A DNA stretch of 64,000 nucleotides from an uncultured Draconibacterium sp. (GTDB lineage Bacteria > Bacteroidota > Bacteroidia > Bacteroidales > FEN-979): NCBI GenBank assembly GCA_964355945.1, contig CAYHGE010000001.1:133486-197485 (forward strand), in the 5' to 3' direction. Below the pieces are notes generated by a model. It saw only the letters and a list, made by a program, of their open reading frames with translations. It ran no database searches and was not told the origin of the DNA. Below, in pieces: positions 1-8,999 of the stretch (positions are counted from its first letter, which is position 1; every line of letters starts with the position of its first letter). The translations under genes were made by a program, and so were the position numbers.

Positions 1-4
1 AAAA

Positions 5-32
5 GCCGACCCGTTGGGCCGGCTTTTTTTTT
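5..32. terminator. Rho-independent terminator-like hairpin with flanking A and T runs, downstream of rsmE on the minus strand
   Basis: The stem is GCCGACCC / GGGCCGGC (8 bp with one A.C mismatch) around a GTT loop. It is preceded by AAAA and followed by T9. Confidence 0.6.
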
Positions 33-48
33 GCAGCAGTATTCGGAT

Positions 49-747
49 TTAGCGGTTCAGCAGGTTGATCGTATGACATGCGACGATACCGGCAGTTTCA
101 GTCCGCAACCGGCTTGTGCCCAGGCTGACAGGAATAAACCCCGACTTTACCGCCATCTCCACCTCGTTTTTTGAAAAATCACCTTCCGGACCAATCAGGA
201 GCAAGGCACTGGAACCAGCCACATAAATTTTCCGGAGTTCAGATTCATTGCCGGTTTCGCAATAGCAGATGAATTTTTGTAAGGGGAAATCTCCATTAAT
301 GAAGCTCTTCAGCTTTACCGGCTCGTTCAATTTGGGCAGCCTCGACTTGAGCGACTGTTTCATAGCAGATACAAGAACTTTCTCCAGACGTTCCGGTTTG
401 ATGACCGTTCGCTCGGAGTGTTCGCAAAACAGGGGAGTTATCTCATCAATTCCGATCTCTGTGGCTTTTTCGAGGAACCATTCAAAACGGTCGATGTTCT
501 TGGTAGGGGCGATGGCAACATGCAGGTGCCACAAATTTGCCGGAACAAACCGGGTTGTTGCTATTTCAACCAGGCAGCCCTTGTGATGGATCTTTGTTAG
601 TTTTCCATGGTAGAAATTGCCAAGGCCATCGGTGAGGTCGATCGGATCTCCTTCGGTGAGGCGGAGGACTTTCATGCAATGCCATGACTCCTCCTCGCTC
701 AGAACACACGAATTACCTTCTATCCGGGGATTGTAAAACAACTGCAT
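49..747 (-). CDS. rsmE: 16S rRNA (uracil1498-N3)-methyltransferase RsmE
   Basis: 232-aa ORF with an ATG start. The N-terminal PUA-like segment (VLRL..GD.I.L.DG.G) and the C-terminal SPOUT segment (LLIGPEGDFS..E......G...VSLG..RLRTETA) are typical of RsmE. Confidence 0.85.
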   Translation of the reverse strand: MQLFYNPRIEGNSCVLSEEESWHCMKVLRLTEGDPIDLTDGLGNFYHGKLTKIHHKGCLVEIATTRFVPANLWHLHVAIAPTKNIDRFEWFLEKATEIGIDEITPLFCEHSERTVIKPERLEKVLVSAMKQSLKSRLPKLNEPVKLKSFINGDFPLQKFICYCETGNESELRKIYVAGSSALLLIGPEGDFSKNEVEMAVKSGFIPVSLGTSRLRTETAGIVACHTINLLNR

Positions 748-919
748 AAACCGATTTTGTTCTGTTAAGTTATATATTTTAAAGGGGTTATTTGATTATA
801 GGCAATGATACCAGTTGGAAAATTATCTATCATGTTATTCAGGATGCAGGCCGATAATTGGAACTAAAGGAATTGGCCGTCCTAATCGAATTTCTTGAAA
901 ACTGGTCCTGTAGGGACCT

Positions 920-1024
920 TATATGGGTAGCAACGAATTGCAGGACTGGTATTTCGTCCCGTACGGGACGAAATAATTCATCCCTGTACACAAATTCTAC
1001 CCATATATTGTGCCGATGGCACAA
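920..1024. other. Structured intergenic element made of an extended imperfect hairpin and an adjacent short hairpin
   Basis: An outer 11-bp perfect stem pairs TATATGGGTAG (920-930) with CTACCCATATA (997-1007). It encloses a perfect 26-bp palindrome, TATTTCGTCCCGT|ACGGGACGAAATA (950-975). A second hairpin follows: TTGTGCC-GAT-GGCACAA (1008-1024). Confidence 0.6.
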
Positions 1025-1094
1025 GAAAGGTGGGTCGGGCATTTCAACGGAGTTGGTAATGTATTGATTGATCATATATTGTTGTGCCCTGTAT

Positions 1095-3620
1095 TTAGTG
1101 CCTGGCAATGATGATGATTTTTTTAACAAGAAATTGACCTTCTTTTTCAATCTTCAAAAAATAAACCCCACCGGGGATTTCACGCACATCGACCAAAGAA
1201 CGGTCATGTTCCTGGGTTACTTCTGATTTTTTAAGGATAACCCCCTCCATGGAAATCAGTTGCCAGCTGCCATGCTGAAACCCATCGATTTCAATAAACA
1301 GCTGATTTGTTGCCGGATTCGGGTAAATGACAACTCCGGGCTGGTTTTGGGTTTCCTGCATACCGGTGCATGTTTCAAAGGTGATTTGAATACTGTCTGC
1401 CGTCGGACATCCGGATAAGTTGGTAACATTCACACTGAAATTGCGTGTCCCATATCCGATGCCCGTTGAATCAACAAGGATCGTTTGTGAAGTGGCGCCT
1501 GTTGACCACAGGTAGTTCATCCCGGGGTTCCCTGCATCGAGTAAGATCGAATTCCAGGGGCAGAGGGTTGTGTCGCTGCCAAGACTGACTAAAGGAACTG
1601 ATGCAACATTGATATATCCTGTCTTTATTTTGGAACCGGATGCATATCCGTTTGATGCAGAAAGGGTAGCATTGTAGATCCCGGGTGAATCGTAGCGGAT
1701 GTTCGCCGGGTTTTGCAGATTTGATGAAGTGGGTGTTCCTCCGGGGAATGACCAGTTCCATTGGGTAGGATTCCCGGAGGAGATATCCGTGAAGTTAACT
1801 GTTGTTCCCTGGCAGGGAACTGTATTACTTGCATTGAAGTTAACGATCAGGGGCGGAGTGAGCATCTCAACAGCATCAAGGTTGAAGCCCATGCCAACAC
1901 CATAAGATGCGCCACTGCCGCTGTCTTTGATATACAGGTAGCGCACCTTGCTCATTGGAGTTGCACCCAGTTCGAAACTGGTGGTCCCATTTCCCGCGCC
2001 GATCGTGGTGAATGGTCCGTCGATGTTGTTTCCACCCGAAACGGTGTAACCCTTGTTTGTGGCACCAGCCTGGATGACTTTAAAATCGGCCCCCGGACCA
2101 TTGTAAATGGTATCTCCCATGTCGATTACAATCCACCCGTTTTTCCCCAGAGAATAGGGAACACCATCGGGGACACCGATTGCACCGGGGGTATAACCTT
2201 CATCACCGAAATTATTGCCCGGGATCTGGCAGCTCATGACTTTGTACGCGTAATGGTTGGCTGCCGGTTTCAGCTGGATATCATTCACTGTTGTCCCCTG
2301 TGATGCAACCACCACATTCATGATGGTCTTCGGCTGGTAGCCATTTGCAACAACTTTCAGGGTATAGGTACCGGGAACCAGGTATTTATGGTAATCGCCA
2401 ACAAGAGGATCCGTGTAAACCGGGAAATAGTTGTTCACCCATATTGAGGCACGAACCGGCTCTCCGGTCACAGAATCGGTGATCATTCCTGAAACGCCCC
2501 ATGCACACTGGTTAATGATCTCGAGCATGGCCGGCTTGTTTGCATTGTAGTAGTAGCCGATCTGAGATGCAGGTGGTTGCTTGTCAAGCGAGATCTCCAT
2601 GGACCATCCGATATTGCCAAGGCTGCCATACTGGAAATCCTTGGTGCTGCCATTGATGGCATACATGATGTTGTAACCCTGCCCATACTGCAGGCTTGAA
2701 TAACCCGACGCATTGGAATATACAGCAGCAAGCTGGTTGATATGTTCATTATCCCTCGTAGGATCAGCGCGATAGCTCCATGGGTATGACAGTATCTCAG
2801 TTCCGCTGTGGTAGTTTGTATAAACGACAAACTGGTTATCCAGGATGCCATTGCGCAAGGCCTTTGTTTCAATTTGTGAAAATGCACCCCAGCTGTTTCC
2901 TTCTGCATTCCACATATATCCATTATCGCGGTTGCAATCGACCCCGTTGAGGTTGTACCGTGACATGGAGACCCGACCGTCGGGATTTACCATTGGATAG
3001 AGCCATATCTCCCTGTTATTCACAAGGTTGGTGATTGTCGGATTGGATCCGAAACCAAGGCATAAATCGCGGGCAAACATGATCACATTCTGCGATCCGC
3101 CAACCTCATCCCCATGAATTCCCCCGTCGAACATGATTTCAGGTTCCGGTTCGTCGATGTTGACGTTGTCGCTGATTTTCAAAGCCGCCAGCTGGCGACC
3201 CCCGACAGAAGTCCCCCAGCCTACCTTTTTACAGATTGACGGAAAATTGGCTGCAAGGCTGTCAACAATTGCAATGATCTGATCATAAGTATAATAACCA
3301 GGTGGAACGTTTGTGTTGTCCCAATAATGTTCAAAGTGCTTATTCAGGTCGGGGATGGTGATCTGATACCGAAGATTGCTGTTTGTCAACACCTTAAGTT
3401 GTTCAGGAACCAGGTACATCCTTACAATGCTTCCATCGGTTGCTGCAGGTTCGAATTCCAGGCCTAAACTGCGAACTTTTTGCGCATCAGCGATGTTGCC
3501 GATCATCACGTTGACCTCCATCTCACCGGTTCGCCAGCCCTGTGACCAGGAAGTAAACCCGATCAGGATAATGACCAGCGTCGCAGATATTTTTCTAATT
3601 ATATGCATCAGTCCGTTCAT
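1095..3620 (-). CDS. Secreted M14-family zinc carboxypeptidase with PKD-like repeats and a T9SS C-terminal sorting domain
   Basis: M14 motifs are present (GGIHGDEVGG and LYPMVNPDGR). The protein has an N-terminal signal peptide and PKD-like segments. Its C-terminus (VIYPNPATNQLFIEI...GVYFLKIEKEG) is typical of Por/T9SS cargo. Confidence 0.85.
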   Translation of the reverse strand: MNGLMHIIRKISATLVIILIGFTSWSQGWRTGEMEVNVMIGNIADAQKVRSLGLEFEPAATDGSIVRMYLVPEQLKVLTNSNLRYQITIPDLNKHFEHYWDNTNVPPGYYTYDQIIAIVDSLAANFPSICKKVGWGTSVGGRQLAALKISDNVNIDEPEPEIMFDGGIHGDEVGGSQNVIMFARDLCLGFGSNPTITNLVNNREIWLYPMVNPDGRVSMSRYNLNGVDCNRDNGYMWNAEGNSWGAFSQIETKALRNGILDNQFVVYTNYHSGTEILSYPWSYRADPTRDNEHINQLAAVYSNASGYSSLQYGQGYNIMYAINGSTKDFQYGSLGNIGWSMEISLDKQPPASQIGYYYNANKPAMLEIINQCAWGVSGMITDSVTGEPVRASIWVNNYFPVYTDPLVGDYHKYLVPGTYTLKVVANGYQPKTIMNVVVASQGTTVNDIQLKPAANHYAYKVMSCQIPGNNFGDEGYTPGAIGVPDGVPYSLGKNGWIVIDMGDTIYNGPGADFKVIQAGATNKGYTVSGGNNIDGPFTTIGAGNGTTSFELGATPMSKVRYLYIKDSGSGASYGVGMGFNLDAVEMLTPPLIVNFNASNTVPCQGTTVNFTDISSGNPTQWNWSFPGGTPTSSNLQNPANIRYDSPGIYNATLSASNGYASGSKIKTGYINVASVPLVSLGSDTTLCPWNSILLDAGNPGMNYLWSTGATSQTILVDSTGIGYGTRNFSVNVTNLSGCPTADSIQITFETCTGMQETQNQPGVVIYPNPATNQLFIEIDGFQHGSWQLISMEGVILKKSEVTQEHDRSLVDVREIPGGVYFLKIEKEGQFLVKKIIIIARH

Positions 3621-3626
3621 TTAGTC

Positions 3627-3659
3627 AGACCTTCCAGGTTTTCGAAACCTGGAAGGTCT
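3627..3659 (-). terminator. Perfect 15-bp-stem hairpin between the two T9SS cargo genes, with no U-tract
   Basis: AGACCTTCCAGGTTT-TCG-AAACCTGGAAGGTCT. It lies 11 nt downstream of the upstream gene's stop codon and 7 nt upstream of the carboxypeptidase ATG. Confidence 0.5.
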
Positions 3660-3670
3660 TATAGGGTCGT

Positions 3671-6600
3671 TTATCGTAACACCACCTTCTCCATCCAGGT
3701 TTCATGCTCCCCTGTTATCCGGATGAAATATATTCCTTTTGCAAATCCCGAAAGGTCGAGCTGATTTAAGTTTGTTCCAGTTTTTGAATTCAAAACGTCA
3801 GTATATACAACCTGCCCCTGAAGATTCATCACAGCCAAATTGACTTTCCCGGGACAATTGGAAATTGTAACGTTAAACAATCCCTGTGACGGGTTCGGAT
3901 AGATGTTTACGATCGGTTGTTTTTGAATGTTGCCAGGTGTTCCAACTGGTCCGCTGACCTGGATATCGTTCAGGAAAAGGTTATTGCCATAACGGTTATA
4001 CGATTCAAACATCAGCTTGACATTCTTGTTCCCGGCCCAGGGTGAAAGGTCGATGGAGTAACATCCTGTGCCGTAACTTCCTCCGCACCATTCCTCCGCC
4101 GATTCCGGGTAAAATGCGCTGTCTGTACTCGGGTGGGTGACAAAAACTGCGGGAGTTCCATCTGGCCCCATGCCCCAGACACGTTGCCAGGTACTTCCGC
4201 AATTGTCTGAAATTCTGATGATGAGGGAATCTTTTCGAACGCGTTGTTCATACGCATGCCTGAAGCTAAGCATCACCGAGGTGTAACCAGACAGGTTCAG
4301 CGACGGGCTGACCAGCTGATCCCTTTTGTTGAGTGTGGAATAGCTGAAGAAATTCATGAAGATGGCTTTTGAGCCAGGCAAGGTGCCTCCAACTGTGATG
4401 GTATCCCATGTAACTCCCATGTCGGGATTCAGGATTTGCCAGTGTTTTGTGTCGATCCCGGTTTCAAACGATTCGGTAAATGGTATTGAATAGCCGTCTT
4501 TGACAATATAATCCAGTCGTGTAAGGGTATTATTCCCTGCCGAGTTCACGATGGTTAAGCGAACATCATACTGTCCTGATGAATCAAACTGAACAACCGG
4601 ATTTTGGCTGGTGTTTGAGGTTCCTTCGAGGTAGGTAATGGTGTTGGGATTAAATTCCCAGATCCATGCCGACGGGCAATTCGTGGATTTGTCGATGAAA
4701 TGAACCACGTTATCCTCGCAAAGCACAAACTGGTCGGCAGTGAAGTTTGCAACCGGGAGGAGTGTGCTGCTTACTGTAATGAAGTTTGTCCTGGTGATGG
4801 AATCTGACCCGAATTCATTCCACACTTTAAGTTTTACGGTAAAGGTGCCCGCTGCGTTGTAAACGATACCGGATGGATTTTTCATCGATGATGTTGAAGG
4901 ACTGCCTCCCTGGAATTCCCATTGGAAGGAGGTTGGTACGCCATTGGAATGATCGCTGAAATCGACAGCACAACCAACAGGAACAACCGTCAGGGCAGTG
5001 GTAAAGTCTGCTTGCGGGTTTGTGTGGTACATGTCAGAGCTCCACAATCCCCTTCCGTACGTACTGGCCCGGATGGCATCCTGCGATACCGAGTCATTGT
5101 CGTAATAGATTTCCAGTTCGGTTATGCGGCCATTGGCAGGCAATCCGGTCCGGAAGGGAGTCCAGCCGGAGGAGGTTTCATCCCTGTAGTAAACGCCCGC
5201 ATCTGTGCCAACATACAATCCTTCATGGGCATTGCGATAACATGTGATTGTGTTTTTGGTGATGGCTGGCAGGTTTCCGGTGATGTTGGTCCAGGAAACA
5301 CCTTTGTTGACTGATTTGTACACTCCTGTTCCCATGGTGATAAAGACAATGTTTTCATCTGCCGGATGACTTTCGATATCATTCGGGGTTCCTGAAGCAG
5401 GGAGGGAATTCGACAAGTCGGACCATGCAGGGTTTGTGGCAAGACAGTTATCGCTCCGAAACAATTTGTTGTCGGAGCGGGCGGCGAAGAACACGTTTGG
5501 ATTTGCTGATGAGTGTTCGACAACAGCCATGTCGGAGCCGTTGGAGCCTGCCAGGTTTTCAGAGATTTTCGTCCAGATAATCGGATAATTAATCACATTG
5601 GAACACCTCCAGATGTTCTTGTACCCGACGAACATTCCCTTGTGATCGGCTTTATTCAGGCAAAACGGGGTTACCCATGCACCACTTTCCGTGATTCCGT
5701 GCACCCCGTTTCCTGCGATCTGGGTTTCACCACCATTGTTGTTCTTCCGGAAGATGTCGCCATAATAGATTGTATGATACGAATAGGCTGCATTTTCATA
5801 ATCAATGGCACACTCCATGCCATCACCACCGCCGGTAGCAAGCCACCCGCTGGGAGTATATGTATAGGTGCCGTTGTCCTGAAAACCATTGATCACCTTA
5901 TTTTTAACCGTTGCTGACTGACCGATTTTATAGATCTGGCCAATGGTCATTCCCACCGTCCGGTCGGTCCATGTGGTTCCGCCGTTGGCCGTAACCCAGC
6001 AGCCTCCGTCGTTACCGGCATATAGTTTGCCGTCAACCGGCGAAAATCCCAGGAAATGGCAGTCGGCATGCACTGCAGGAACGCTGCATCCACCATACCA
6101 GTGAGAGTTTATTGTCCACGTAGAACCGCCATTGGTGGATTTCCAGACATCCACCCCACCGGTATAAATAATCTCACCATTTATGGGATCTGCTGCGATT
6201 GAAAGATCATACCACCCCTGGCCACCTGAGCCGCTGCCATCGCACGACCAGTCCATGATGTTGGGTGAAGTCGATCGGGTGGTAAAGGTCAACCCTGCAT
6301 CGCTCGAACGGTAAAGTCCTTTGAATCCGCTGCTGCCATCGGATTGCAGGAAGTAAACGTACGCCGGACTGGCTGGCGTGACTGCGATTGCACCACGCTG
6401 ACCGCCGGTTAGTCCGGCAGTAATTTTCACGAAGGTAATTCCATTGTTTGAGGAGCGGTAAAAATCGGCCCCTAATGCAGCATAAACGACATAAGAGTCA
6501 TCCGGTTTGAAATGGATGTCTTTGAAATTTCCCGATTGGCTTAAAGTCCATGTTGTTCCGCCGTCGACAGAGCGATAGACCCCGCCGCTGGTGGCGGCAA

Positions 6601-7336
6601 GAAAAATCTGGGCATTGGCAGGATCCTGGATCATGCGTCCAACGGTTTTGCTTCCCATACCGGTAGTTGACAAGGCCCATGTCAATCCGCCATTTATGCT
6701 TTTGAATACTCCGAGGCCGGGAGCATCTCCGGCATCGCGGTCGCCTGTACCCATTAAAATATGGTCGGGATTGGTGTAGTCAACCACGATGGCCGACACA
6801 CCCAGGGTAGGCAATGTGTCCGTGTGGGATGCCCAGGTATCACCACCATCGGTTGATTGCCACAAACCTCCTGCAGGAGCGCCAACATAAATTTTGTTTG
6901 GGTCGGCAGGGTGGAAGGCGACCACATTGAGTCGTCCCAAACCTTCATATCCGGCAGGGCCGGGAGCCGGAATCTGCGAAGGACCGAGGTTTACCCACGA
7001 GCCGCTTGTGGAGCGCGTGTTGTTTGCGTAGGCGCTGTAAGTTTTGTAGGTTTCATCGGGAGCGCGACGGCTGCCATCAGGATTTATGCGGCTTTGCATC
7101 ATGTATTCCCAGCGCTTGAAGACCTTCCAGCCATGGCTGCGGGTAATTGCCCGGTCTTTCCAGTACATGTTAAATGCACGTTGCGTCTGAAAAAAGTTGG
7201 CATCAGGATTCTGCATCATTTCGATCCAGTAGGGGTAGTTGGCGGTGTCATTCACCGACGAATTGGAGGGAGTCTGTGTTTGTCCAGACATTACAAATAG
7301 TAGAATGACCGTAAGCAGGAGTAAGGTTCGTTTCAT
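3671..7336 (-). CDS. Large secreted BNR/Asp-box (sortilin/VPS10-like) repeat protein with PKD-like and MAM-like domains and a T9SS sorting domain
   Basis: Asp-box repeats are STDGGDTW, SINGGLTW, SVDGGTTW, STNGGSTW and TANGGTTW. The C-terminus (NIYPNPSQGLFNV...GIYFIRI) is T9SS-type. I moved the start to the ATG at 7336, which gives the signal peptide MKRTLLLLTVILLF. Confidence 0.8.
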   Translation of the reverse strand: MKRTLLLLTVILLFVMSGQTQTPSNSSVNDTANYPYWIEMMQNPDANFFQTQRAFNMYWKDRAITRSHGWKVFKRWEYMMQSRINPDGSRRAPDETYKTYSAYANNTRSTSGSWVNLGPSQIPAPGPAGYEGLGRLNVVAFHPADPNKIYVGAPAGGLWQSTDGGDTWASHTDTLPTLGVSAIVVDYTNPDHILMGTGDRDAGDAPGLGVFKSINGGLTWALSTTGMGSKTVGRMIQDPANAQIFLAATSGGVYRSVDGGTTWTLSQSGNFKDIHFKPDDSYVVYAALGADFYRSSNNGITFVKITAGLTGGQRGAIAVTPASPAYVYFLQSDGSSGFKGLYRSSDAGLTFTTRSTSPNIMDWSCDGSGSGGQGWYDLSIAADPINGEIIYTGGVDVWKSTNGGSTWTINSHWYGGCSVPAVHADCHFLGFSPVDGKLYAGNDGGCWVTANGGTTWTDRTVGMTIGQIYKIGQSATVKNKVINGFQDNGTYTYTPSGWLATGGGDGMECAIDYENAAYSYHTIYYGDIFRKNNNGGETQIAGNGVHGITESGAWVTPFCLNKADHKGMFVGYKNIWRCSNVINYPIIWTKISENLAGSNGSDMAVVEHSSANPNVFFAARSDNKLFRSDNCLATNPAWSDLSNSLPASGTPNDIESHPADENIVFITMGTGVYKSVNKGVSWTNITGNLPAITKNTITCYRNAHEGLYVGTDAGVYYRDETSSGWTPFRTGLPANGRITELEIYYDNDSVSQDAIRASTYGRGLWSSDMYHTNPQADFTTALTVVPVGCAVDFSDHSNGVPTSFQWEFQGGSPSTSSMKNPSGIVYNAAGTFTVKLKVWNEFGSDSITRTNFITVSSTLLPVANFTADQFVLCEDNVVHFIDKSTNCPSAWIWEFNPNTITYLEGTSNTSQNPVVQFDSSGQYDVRLTIVNSAGNNTLTRLDYIVKDGYSIPFTESFETGIDTKHWQILNPDMGVTWDTITVGGTLPGSKAIFMNFFSYSTLNKRDQLVSPSLNLSGYTSVMLSFRHAYEQRVRKDSLIIRISDNCGSTWQRVWGMGPDGTPAVFVTHPSTDSAFYPESAEEWCGGSYGTGCYSIDLSPWAGNKNVKLMFESYNRYGNNLFLNDIQVSGPVGTPGNIQKQPIVNIYPNPSQGLFNVTISNCPGKVNLAVMNLQGQVVYTDVLNSKTGTNLNQLDLSGFAKGIYFIRITGEHETWMEKVVLR

Positions 7337-7470
7337 TAAGCAGAGAGTTTGGATTAGGTTGTAAAGGTACAAAAAAAGTGTATAGGCGGAAGTAACGGCA
7401 AGGTTGAATCTGGTAAAGAAGATTCGAGTTAATTGATTTATGTATTTAATAATACTATTAAATTTGTTAA

Positions 7471-8100
7471 TTATTCGGGCCGAAGGCTTTTTAATATCAC
7501 CGTTGTGTTTTCCCGTTTCCGATGATCCATGAGGTTTTGGTATTCAGAATCCTGCATGGTTGTTATTGTCTTCAGGAAAGGGCCGGCGATAAACAATCCC
7601 AAATTCATGGAGAGGATCGTGAGCAAAAGTCCGGTTGCGGTCATGGGGCGGATGGCGCCCTTTTCTATTTCGAGGTTTAATTCACTTTCAATCTGTGATA
7701 TAAATGAATTTTCGGAATTTCCAATTTGTACTTTAAGTTGATTGAGCCGGGAAGGGCTTGTGTTTATTTCATTGAAGAAAAGAAATGGCAGTCCGGGGTT
7801 TGCCATCATGACATCAAAGTGTATCTCAACTTTTTTTCGCACTTTTTCTTCGAATGAAAGATGATCTTCCATTCGTTGAAGAAGGGAAGATATAAAGATC
7901 GTGGAGTGTTTTTCAAATACAGCATCAAAAAGCCGGTCCTTCGTGCGGAAATAGTAGTGAACCAGTGCCTGGTTGCAACCGGCGATCTTTGCAATTTCAG
8001 TGGTTGAGGTTAATGAATAACCTTTTTCCAGGAATAACTTCTCTGCGGTTGCAAGGATTAACTGTTCGGTGGTGATGTTTTGAGTCAGATCTTTTTTCAT
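7471..8100 (-). CDS. TetR/AcrR family transcriptional regulator
   Basis: The N-terminal HTH segment is TSTTEIAKIAGCNQALVHYYFRTKDRLF. The length is 209 aa. Confidence 0.85.
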   Translation of the reverse strand: MKKDLTQNITTEQLILATAEKLFLEKGYSLTSTTEIAKIAGCNQALVHYYFRTKDRLFDAVFEKHSTIFISSLLQRMEDHLSFEEKVRKKVEIHFDVMMANPGLPFLFFNEINTSPSRLNQLKVQIGNSENSFISQIESELNLEIEKGAIRPMTATGLLLTILSMNLGLFIAGPFLKTITTMQDSEYQNLMDHRKRENTTVILKSLRPE

Positions 8101-8200
8101 GATGCATAATTAAATTGAATATTTAATAATACAATTAATTTATGCAAAATAAAGACATTTTCCGGGAAATACCAAATTGATTTAAGAAAAACGAAGGAAA

Positions 8201-8998
8201 TCAGTAAGTCCCTTTTGATTCAGCTCCGGTAACGACATCAACACTGGCGCCGCAGCCCAGCCGGTTTGCTCCTGCATTGATCAAAGCCACAGCCTGGTCG
8301 AAATTCCTGATACCGCCACTGGCCTTGACACCCATGGCCGGGCCGACGATCCTGCGCATCAGGGCGACATCGTGGATGGTTGCACCCGTGCCTGAGAATC
8401 CGGTACTGGTCTTGACAAAATCAGCTCCGGCTTTCTTTGAAATTTCGCAGGCGATGATTTTTTCTTCATCGGTCAGCAGCCCTGTTTCGAGGATAACTTT
8501 TAAAATGGTGGTGCTCCTGCATGCTCTTTTAATGGCCCGGATATCTTCTTCGACTAACTTTACATTGCCGGATTTCAGGGCGCCCACATTGATTACCATG
8601 TCAAGTTCTGTTGCACCATTGGCCACCGCATTGCGTGCTTCAAAGGCTTTGCTGCGCGTATCCATCTCGCCAAGGGGAAACCCGATGACGGAGCAGACTT
8701 TAACACTCGTTCCACGGAGTCTCTTTGCCACAAAAGGAATCCACGAGGAGTTCACGCATACTGACATGAATTTGTATTTCACCGCTTCGTTGCAGAGCTG
8801 TTCAAACTGGAAAACCACTGCTTCCGGTTTTAGCAGGGTATGATCGATGTATCCGGCAAGTTCTGCAGCTGATATCCGCGGAGCAGGAGAGGACCTGGTA
8901 ACAGGGTCCCCGGTTTTATTGCTGCGGGTCGCGATCTCCTGGTTCAGCCGCTGCATGACCTCTTTCGTGATCTTGTCAATCAATTCATTTTGATCCAT
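8201..8998 (-). CDS. deoC: Deoxyribose-phosphate aldolase (DERA) with an N-terminal extension of about 45 aa
   Basis: DERA motifs are present: YIDHTLLKP, ELDMVINVG, LKVILETG and DFVKTSTGF (the Schiff-base Lys motif). At 265 aa it is longer than typical DERAs of about 220 aa. Confidence 0.9.
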   Translation of the reverse strand: MDQNELIDKITKEVMQRLNQEIATRSNKTGDPVTRSSPAPRISAAELAGYIDHTLLKPEAVVFQFEQLCNEAVKYKFMSVCVNSSWIPFVAKRLRGTSVKVCSVIGFPLGEMDTRSKAFEARNAVANGATELDMVINVGALKSGNVKLVEEDIRAIKRACRSTTILKVILETGLLTDEEKIIACEISKKAGADFVKTSTGFSGTGATIHDVALMRRIVGPAMGVKASGGIRNFDQAVALINAGANRLGCGASVDVVTGAESKGTY

Positions 8999-8999
8999 G

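Noticed and set aside
839-1150. ORFs 839..1150 (-) and 858..1067 (+) in the rsmE / carboxypeptidase gap.
   Set aside because: They read directly through perfect palindromes, and one overlaps the 3' end of the carboxypeptidase gene. No family resemblance could be substantiated. I briefly considered a RAYT/REP-transposase remnant, but the motif order does not fit.
1761-2303. Long ORFs antisense to or overlapping the annotated genes. Examples are 1761..2303, 8277..8843, 10315..11040, 25302..26111, 26539..27066, 46234..46731 and 49154..49669.
   Set aside because: Each lies entirely within a longer ORF that has clear family motifs. Their translations are low-complexity or Arg/Ser/Pro-rich shadow frames with no recognisable motifs.
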